A stretch of 61,137 bases of DNA from Nemertoderma westbladi (Eukaryota; Animalia; Xenacoelomorpha): the NCBI GenBank assembly GCA_032718475.1, contig JAUCBJ010001781.1, positions 1 to 61,137 of the forward strand, in the 5' to 3' direction. A program made the translations under genes and the position numbers. Shown piece after piece: positions 55,501-61,137 of this stretch; position 1 is the stretch's first letter, and every line of letters begins with the position of its first letter. The notes under the pieces were generated by a model. It was not told the origin of the DNA. It saw only the letters and a program-made list of their open reading frames with translations, and did not search any database.

Positions 55501-56016
55501 ACTCTCTGCCCCCCCCTTCTCGCCGCTAACTCTCTGTTGTGGGGCCCTCGTAGCCCCCCCCCACTCGCTACATCTAACTTCGCTACCTCTTTCCCCGCTA
55601 TTATATACCTCTCTAGTCGACACATCAACCCTACTACAGTCGGGTCTATTCACCCCCGCCTCTCCCTCTGCTATTGCATGGCCTACCAGACTCTCTACTC
55701 CCTGCCTACCAACCACGTGGCCTACCAGGCCCTCTGCTCCCTGTCTACTAACTACGTGGCCTACCAGGCCCTCTGCTCCCTCTCTACTAACTACGTGGCC
55801 TACCAGGCCCTCTGCTTCCTGTCTACTAACTACGTGGCCTACCAGGCCCTCTGCTCCCTCTCTACTAACTACGTGGCCTACCAGGCCCTCTGCTTCCTGT
55901 CTACTAACTACGTGGCCTACCAGGCCCTCTGCTCCCTCTCTACTAACTACGTGGCCCACCAGGCCCCCTTCCGCCTGGCTATGTAGGCCCGACGCACTTA
56001 CATCAATAGCACCCAC
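49585..56016 (-). CDS. BEL/Pao gag-pol polyprotein (gag, zinc knuckle, protease, RT, RNase H, integrase), C-terminus apparently truncated
   Basis: ELPPVEPFKFDG, CSRCVKSGHKAREC, LVDSGA, YLPLH..KLRMVVDAS, DIEGMFNQV, FYVDD, FSDAS, PKLEL, WTDS, NPADLLSRG, GVDMFGP, SDNGTNF, ERLV. Confidence 0.96.
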   Translation of the reverse strand: MGAIDVSASGLHSQAEGGLVGHVVSREGAEGLVGHVVSRQEAEGLVGHVVSREGAEGLVGHVVSRQEAEGLVGHVVSREGAEGLVGHVVSRQGAEGLVGHVVGRQGVESLVGHAIAEGEAGVNRPDCSRVDVSTREVYNSGERGSEVRCSEWGGATRAPQQRVSGEKGGAESVPQPSADNARAKIGKPQQPATESNRGIASIPSDVRPSRERQVDVAGGRTKGRARSEEERRTVGFNREVDERSREREYSTDTRRKEDSSRSIAANDRRVRTDSEPSVVEMRTESQWGRTPGDCHRPGGMRSGEAHYTPREGYTMYQYEDENSGEGGRRETFRRNIPTGREYGSRGEDYSRRINFDPEQHMQTVGRTVGLTAHTVGHTERGNVSDRIARTTGLNPEVAEYIPASRPEADRPIPVPAQQYDYSMQGHNIYPGEGGIIADRCMGPNILTSTPVPDIPVGGGGQGDIPPSQHQQYTPIGTRTTRPLDENRSCDTDIWRGPLPPMTYPSQRRSRNRTDEPHQTGETMQRPSNPLEAQAMGMATLIDALKTRIELPPVEPFKFDGSRPEEYLQFRRMYSNEILTKNLTQAECLKYLQVYTGGPAYDIMRQYQGIEGGFTTAWRALDREYGHPAKIIRQTLRGITSGGLQDNPVSIKTFANKVEKALIVLKTLDAPYELNASNNITTIAQALPSWLRNKWRKIAFSTRDKKGAEPGLEEMSNFLNYEAELITDPVYSEDSLGKGPKTDYHRPKPEHNTSNALPRLRQSLPYAATQGTASPQTNEDKTTSRDGQGNNNNMNKHNPSTSSRPNPVNKNSRDFGTNITAIRNALYKEGYDPKSKCQLHANALHKTMNCRYWQALPRQDQIDYASSNKICSRCVKSGHKARECQEKPVKFGQRRGQTMATSTVGAKKRGTVLLGVVPVRVIGEGNRSVTTLMLVDSGAAFTLVEEWVAEEIGLRTRPSRMAVTTISSKDEILEMRTGRCAIAAVAPGCDYGATIDPIQVIESININARRPTNIEVEQYKFLDNIDFSIPDVDVRKVSIIVGMDCPTAHERMQTVFGEDKQSDPVAILTPFGWTLSGPIKSKIPFRMSETSGCMFAGTMQEMGDEGAEEQLKRLLRQDFEGLKETGVGTSVEDKQALQSVEESMTCDEGRYTIGMVWKLPKIPLPDNRGMVLTRLRKLKQTLQRSPEKNEYIHKTIKKYVEKGWAVELPVDEPNTDRTYYLPLHVALDPKKGKLRMVVDASAKTDGKCLNDYLLEGPNIYNSGIEVLLRFRNGKHAFTCDIEGMFNQVRVTEEDSDSQRFLWYNGEEEPPIIPAYKMVVQNMGAKSSSFTTTMAVRDTVKGKEDRYSSRAVDMIRRGFYVDDGMESGNTVEEILETGREVRDILKGSGFNLTKFQSSSEEFIKEIEDKKPESTMDNPTTAKGQDMAIKRTESQQKALGIVWDRKTDELKYQLSQEGADTHTKRGYVSYIARIYDPLGLASPLLVTGKQILKRVYKLKDEWDVEVPEDIKKQWSKWTGDLERMGTYNMPRVYFPDGNMTNLDLHMFSDASLEAYGAALYLVQREGPHKPRLAFSKAKSTPPDSASVPKLELTAARLGVRATAYLVDTIPNIVETHYWTDSMVVLGWLHNEKTRYPIFVANRVDEIRASTELERWHYCPTDENPADLLSRGVERHTFLKKEVLWQHGPQFLSDREAWPPMRKVDPGSEVVSEGEEGDSEGEEIYSQMVREIRDVQPGRELCDNPTDKLLSYSSSWYKTKKLVAYWRAFGNFLAGVGKDKKTRTTIDLEGAAKAVIRYEQRKNYGDEVERVGNQQHLRRDSELITLSPQLNDDGILVMNSRVGYNNSIVVPPKPIIIPTGSPIVHQIIWDSHKSILHGGTNRTLTEIRRTYWVKQLRKKVKAVVGQCQTCRRAKKERAVQEMAPLPASRVRQHDPPFTHCGVDMFGPIKIKVMRHTEKRYGIIFVCNNTRAVGIELAQDATASAFINALERFRDRKGGTIAVIYSDNGTNFVGAESEMAEALDILEGEEVRAAMRRRQVKWERRTPYAPHTLGCVERLVGSSKRLMTKLMNTHMVTEDVLRTVLAKCEGIINSRPLYPENDDPESLDVLTPSHFLMERPATIDMRGVDPDDIHSRQSWKVAKAISAE
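55680..55975 (-). repeat. In-frame 42-bp repeat (GAEGLVGHVVSRE/Q, ~7 copies) in the gag N-terminal region
   Basis: Visible in both the DNA and the translation. Confidence 0.9.
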
Positions 56017-57680
56017 ATTTTTTTTCCTGCAATAAAGGTTTGATTAGTGTTATCCCATACGGTACTATTAATATCAACAACGTCTACTGTACCATTATTA
56101 TTACCCCCCCCGCCCGTACGGTCGCACCAGTTTTGGGTCTGTCGTGCGGTCCCTGTCAGTGGAGTATTAATAAATATATCTACGGCCCTCGGCTCCTCAA
56201 AAATACTCGAGCCGGCCCCGGTTTCAGACGGCGTCGCTCGCACGTATTCCAACTCGTGCTGCCCTCTAATCATATCTCCCGCAAACTCACTCTGCCGTTT
56301 CTCTAATTCCTTGCGCTCTTTTTCACTCTCTGCCATTCTCCCCTCACGCTCCTGGACGTCCTTGATGGCCGACTCTGCGGCACTCTTAATGCTCTCTCTT
56401 CGTCTCACTTCGCGCTCCTTGCGTTCCTTTTCCCTTTTCGCTTCATACTCCTTGCGTTCCCTTTCCTCCCTTGCCTCACGCTCCTTGCGTTCTTTTTCCT
56501 CCCTTGCCTCACGCTCCTTGCGTTCCGCCTCACGCTCCTTGCGTTCCCTTTCCTCCCTTGCCTCACGCTCCTTGCGTTCCGCCTCACGCTCCTTGCGTTC
56601 CCTTTCCTCCCTTGCCTCACGCTCCTTACGTTCCCTTTCCTCTCTCGCTTCACGCTCCCTACACTCCCTTTCCTCTATCTCATCATACTCCCTTAGGCTT
56701 TTCAAAGCCCTTTCGGCCCTCTCTCCGGTTTCCCTAAGCAATACCGTTTCCCTCTCTAACCGCACTCTTCCCTCCTCTAGCCGTTCCTTCATTTCTCTCT
56801 GACCTTGCTCTGCCATGCTGAGACGGTATGCGGCTCCTATTTTCCTCACCGCTCTTTCTTTCGCGGAGGATGTAACAGACTTATCGGTTACGACGGACTT
56901 CCCCCGCCTTCCCGACCTACTAACTTTCCCCGGCCTCCCGGAGCTTTCTCCGACCGACGAGGCCGAATCCTCGGGGTTAACCTCGGATTCGCCCCCTTCG
57001 AGTCCCCTCCAACCCACTGGTTTTACTCCCCGGGCATCGACCAAGTATGGCCCTATGTACACTGGCGCTACACTAGGTTCCATACTCCCACACTCCCATA
57101 GTTCAAACAGTTCGCCGGCTATCCTTTCTGCTCTCTCCCCGGCCAGTTCTCTCTGCCCAAAACGTATTAGGTAATTTAAGTGTCTATCCGACTCACCTAG
57201 TCGCTTTCTCAGTCTCACCTCGTCTACCTTCGCCCCTTCCTTCTTGGCGTCGTTTATCAGCTTCCGGGTCGCGTTGTAGGCCCGTCGAAGTCGCTCAGAA
57301 ACCCCGACGTCCTCGTCGCCGACCTCTCCTCCGTCCCTCCGGGTTCGACGTCGCACCGTCGGCCCCACCGTCGCCGTTTCGGTGGGCCGCTCGTCGCCCT
57401 CGGCCGGTAGCTGGCCGGCGACATCGGCGCGCCGTTCTCCCTCTCGTGTCGACTCGTCTCCATCTCCCTCCATCTCGCTCTCTTTCTCTCTTGGCTCGAC
57501 TTCGGGTTCCAGGCCCTCCTCGTCCTGGACTTCCGGTTCGCCCGTTATCGATGGCTCCGGCGTCGTGGGCCTGTATCGCTTGGTCGCGGCCTCGCGGATC
57601 GTTTGATCTTCGTCCGGGGTCCGCGTCGGTGTCTCGCCCGATTCACTCATCTCGTCTGCTCGGTGGAGTTCGACTAGCAA
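55998..57680 (-). CDS. Upstream E/R/K-rich coiled-coil ORF of the LTR element (probable gag N-terminal extension)
   Basis: 560-aa ORF starting ~50-80 nt after the 5' LTR; (EREAREERERK)n repeats; overlaps the pol frame at an A8 run. Confidence 0.8.
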   Translation of the reverse strand: MLVELHRADEMSESGETPTRTPDEDQTIREAATKRYRPTTPEPSITGEPEVQDEEGLEPEVEPREKESEMEGDGDESTREGERRADVAGQLPAEGDERPTETATVGPTVRRRTRRDGGEVGDEDVGVSERLRRAYNATRKLINDAKKEGAKVDEVRLRKRLGESDRHLNYLIRFGQRELAGERAERIAGELFELWECGSMEPSVAPVYIGPYLVDARGVKPVGWRGLEGGESEVNPEDSASSVGESSGRPGKVSRSGRRGKSVVTDKSVTSSAKERAVRKIGAAYRLSMAEQGQREMKERLEEGRVRLERETVLLRETGERAERALKSLREYDEIEERECREREAREERERKEREAREERERKEREAERKEREAREERERKEREAERKEREAREEKERKEREAREERERKEYEAKREKERKEREVRRRESIKSAAESAIKDVQEREGRMAESEKERKELEKRQSEFAGDMIRGQHELEYVRATPSETGAGSSIFEEPRAVDIFINTPLTGTARQTQNWCDRTGGGGNNNGTVDVVDINSTVWDNTNQTFIAGKKMWVLLM

Positions 57681-57730
57681 GCAGTGTAGTTCTCAGAGTT
57701 TAACTGGGGCGGCAGCTCGGATTTAGTTAC

Positions 57731-58270
57731 TGTGACGGGATCCAGGAGGGATCCCGATTTATCCGATGTGGTAATTTAGTCCACGCGTCCCCGCCGTGTA
57801 TAAGGGTGAAATAAAGTAACTGAGTTCTGAAGTTCGGTGTATAATAATAATAGGGCATAGGATATAGATATAGATATAATGTGTACAAGGCGGGATACGG
57901 TAACTAAAGTCCCGTGATCCCCTAACTAAACTAATTGACTCTACCCTACGCTAGCACTGCTGCACTGAGATAACTGAATCACTGATTAATAGGTTATTGG
58001 TTATATTGCACGGTGGCCTTACTGCTACTCAATCGATGCCATTCCCCCCTCTGATTGGTTAATACCCTTGTTGGCGCCCCGTGGAGTATTCCCGTTCACT
58101 CCACCTATTTCCTCTGGGTTAGGGGTTTGGCCCCTGACCCTCTATTGTGTGCTTCCTTCCCACTCTTATTGGGATGGCACGAGTTGGTTAATTGCCCAAT
58201 CTCGTGGCTCCCAATATTGCTTATCGGCTTACAACTTTATGGGGTGTTGGCGGGATTGAATAAGCTAACA
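57731..58270 (-). repeat. 5' LTR
   Basis: Second copy of the same repeat, upstream of the ORFs on the minus strand. Confidence 0.95.
57972..58005 (-). promoter_or_regulatory. Candidate LTR core promoter (TATAA + TCAGTT initiator; TSS ~57975)
   Basis: Minus-strand TATAA starts 30 nt upstream of the A of a TCAGTT motif; same spacing in the 3' LTR. Confidence 0.5.
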
Positions 58271-58537
58271 TCCTGCTTTGGTACACCAGATTTTGTATAG
58301 GAACTATATGACCCAAGGCAGTCGCCTATAGTTGGAAGCACATGAAATCCAAAGTTGTCATTTTATTGTATATATGTTATCTAAAACTTCGACAGTTAGT
58401 AAGTTCTCAGCAGAATAAAAACTTCAAACAGTTGGTTCAAGTTTGAATTATTAGCATTTAGCAGTCACTATGGCATATGCCTATATAATATATGCTGTAT
58501 AAATGTTAGTCCTGAAAAGTACTGTTTGGATTTTTGA

Positions 58538-60750
58538 TTAAAAGGGCAGCACACCGCTATCTATCGCGACTAGTGTCGCGAAGTGAAAAATACCAAATGT
58601 TTGGGTACCTGTATCTTCATTTCTATTAGTCATAGTGTACTGAAATTTTTTATACAGTTTTGGACAAAGTAGAGGAGGTTCGTTTGGTACTAGAATGAAT
58701 GTGTTTCAGGTTAATGATGAAGATTGATGACTTGCCAAAGAAATACAGAAAGTAGCATATTCAAACAAAGTTGACTTTTGAATCCTTAACTTTAGCCAAT
58801 GGAACCATTCTAGTACCACATTTGATATTACAAACTGTGGTGCTGCTCTGAAAATTTCAAGAAAAAAGCTCAAACAGAAGCCGAGATAAAGGAACATTGG
58901 TATTTGCTTTAATGCGGAAAGTATATTTTCCGTAAATCACATTTTAAATCAAATGATTGAAAGATTACACAGATCGGTACATAATCAGTCAGTGTTAAGA
59001 GTTAAAACTATCATAATATCAACATACAGTCATTATAAATATGAGGAAGATATTAGAATGCTCCTGGACCATATTCATCACCAGAAGAGTCCTCATCTCT
59101 GGGTCTCTTCTTTGTTCGAATGCAAGCAGTTCTCTGAAAACTATCTCGATTGGCACGCTTGATCCGGAGATCATCAAGTTGTTGCAATCCATTCATAGAA
59201 TATTGTCCTGCATCTATTCCGAGTTTCTCTAGAACTTTGAATTTTGATATATTTCCAGAGTTAAAGCATGATATAGCATCATATGTCCCAAGCTCAAGTG
59301 TTTTATATCCAACAAATACCCGCTTGGGGTAACGAACCCAGATTGAGTTATTAACACTCTCATTACAATTTTGAGTTTGCCCATGTAAGCACTTACTCAA
59401 AAGATTCAAGTTTGATAGATCTCTGAAAATTTGTAATAGCTGAGTTATTGGCATTCGAATTTTGCATGTATTAGCTTGCACTGTAGGCCATTTATTCTAT
59501 TAAATTAATACACAATGTTCTAGAACATTTTGATTATGTATGAATATCCATATACTAGTATTATCGTGTTGGCATTGTATTGTTGCCAAGCTACTTATGA
59601 GATAAACAAAATGTTCTAGAACATTGTGTATTTATTAATAGAATAAATGGCCTGCAGTGGAAGCTAATACATGCAAAATTCGAATGCCAATAACTCAGCT
59701 ATTTCCCAACCAAATTCAAATATTTTTACATATTATTTGGAATCCTTGCACGGTCAGCTTTTCACTAGTACCAACGAAGCACTAAATGTTTGAAGACTAA
59801 CTGCGGTGTAACTGGTGCAATATCGATGGAGACACCTTTTTCAAACGCTTGTAGCTAAAGAATGAAAGCGAAAATAAAAATTCTGGCTCACCCAGCAAGG
59901 AGGAGGGAGGTGAAACTAACTCTATTTCAAATTTCATGCAATCTCATTACGATTTGTGAAAAAATTCGGGGGGGGGGGGGGGGCAGGTATCTGAATAACG
60001 ACACTATATTCCAGGAAATGGTGTATACTAATATAGGCCTATAATTCACAAAATCAGAACTTCTGCCAGAAGGTACAAATGTATGAAGATGTATGTGTAT
60101 TTCAGATAGGCCTACTATCAGACTATAGGAGAGTACCTTAAAGCTTAAACCCTCAAAAAGTGTGTATGTGATATTGTGATAGCATCTTTAGGCCCTGTTT
60201 GTAAGCAGAATATAACATTGATTGATGACAGACACCTACATATAATATAATGTTTTATAAGATCTTCAGAGTCTTCAAAAAATATGTCAAGTAGCCAAGC
60301 GATTGAAACAACAGTAAAAATGTCACACATCAGACTGAAAATTTTACTAAAAATAACTGCAGAAGTAGAAGTTTGAAATTCCCTCCACTATATAAATTGA
60401 AGAAAATGTTGATTTGAAACTCATAATAACAGCATCTATAGATACTGTATTTGACAGATGTATTGTTCGCTAAAAAGTAACTCAAAGTCTCAAAAATCCA
60501 TCGGACATACACAAAAGCTAGGCAATTTTTACAATCTTCCTGTATTGATATGGACTCAAAATTTTAACACAGCGAAGACCATATGTGAATCACCAAAAAA
60601 CAATCAAAAACTCAATTTTCATTTTTTTTTATATTTTAGTGGTGTGCTGCCCAAAACAAATTATCCAAATATATCAACTGATGAATATAATGTATATAGA
60701 AAACTTTATACATATCGATTAGGTTGGGTATCAATAAAATGAGCTACAAT
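58538..60750 (-). mobile_element. Relic of a DDE DNA transposon (Kolobok / Mutator-like transposase family); right boundary uncertain
   Basis: LLSKCLHGQTQNCNESVNNSIWVRYPK motif at 59053-59434; possible terminus ttaaaaggg at 58538; fragmented upstream coding. Confidence 0.6.
59435..59703. mobile_element. Palindromic MITE inserted into the transposase relic
   Basis: ~100-bp arms: aatagctgagttattggcattcgaattttgcatgtattagctt / aagctaatacatgcaaaattcgaatgccaataactcagctatt. Confidence 0.8.
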
Positions 60751-61137
60751 CACTGCTTTATATAGTATGAGAAAGACGTTTTTCATTGGTTACAACATTA
60801 ACCAATCATTTTACAACCGAATATGGTGCTGGTGCAAGGACAGAAACTAACCATTCATTCTTGTATAGTTCACAGTAGGTAGGCATTGTTAGCAAAACAA
60901 AATGGAGTTAAAGAAAAGTTAAGTAGTAAGTCCTAGGTATTACTATATTACTAATTATAGTAATAGGACTAATTAAATTTATAATTTAAATGTATAGGCA
61001 TATTTAAATTAATTAATTAACAAATGCGAAATCCAAAAGAAGATCTTTGTCAGAGGTCCTCAGCACATTTTTCAGTTAATTACTGGATCTTTTTCATCTA
61101 ATTATATAACAAATTTATGGAACTATATGAGGCAAAT

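Larger units (their letters stand above)
44711..58270 (-). mobile_element. BEL/Pao LTR retrotransposon with an extra ORF
   Basis: Two ~540-bp direct LTRs (TGT...ACA); gag-PR-RT-RH-IN order with BEL/Pao motifs; PPT next to the left LTR. Confidence 0.96.

Noticed and set aside
45900-57703. Many + strand ORFs inside the LTR element
   Set aside because: Antisense shadows of long GC-richer coding frames; no recognisable motifs.
59435-59481. N-terminus MQANTCKIRMPITQL of ORF 59053-59481
   Set aside because: Derives from the inserted palindrome, not from the transposase.

Overview
Eukaryotic (invertebrate animal-like) genomic DNA, not prokaryotic; no RNA genes or CRISPR arrays were found. The left half (4266-33313, + strand) holds the 3' 14 coding exons of a receptor tyrosine kinase. 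They splice in phase to a 773-aa partial protein: SRCR-SRCR-FN3-FN3-TM-Tie-like kinase; the 5' exons were not identified. Its introns are full of repeats. Three tandem arrays have units made from the gene's own exon-intron junctions: 86 bp (about 25 copies) and 50 bp (about 230 copies, 11.5 kb) repeat a splice donor, and 21 bp repeats an acceptor. The introns also contain a MULE/foldback-like element with a 9-bp TSD, an RTE LINE and MITEs. The right half holds two decayed CR1/L2-group LINEs, MITEs, a DNA-transposon relic and a 13.6-kb BEL/Pao LTR retrotransposon (minus strand). That element carries an extra 846-aa ORF resembling a DEDDy (WRN/EXD/Mut-7-like) 3'-5' exonuclease fused to three CCHC zinc knuckles. 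It has no canonical tRNA primer-binding site and no target-site duplication. All calls were made by eye, without database searches; repeat boundaries and copy numbers are approximate.
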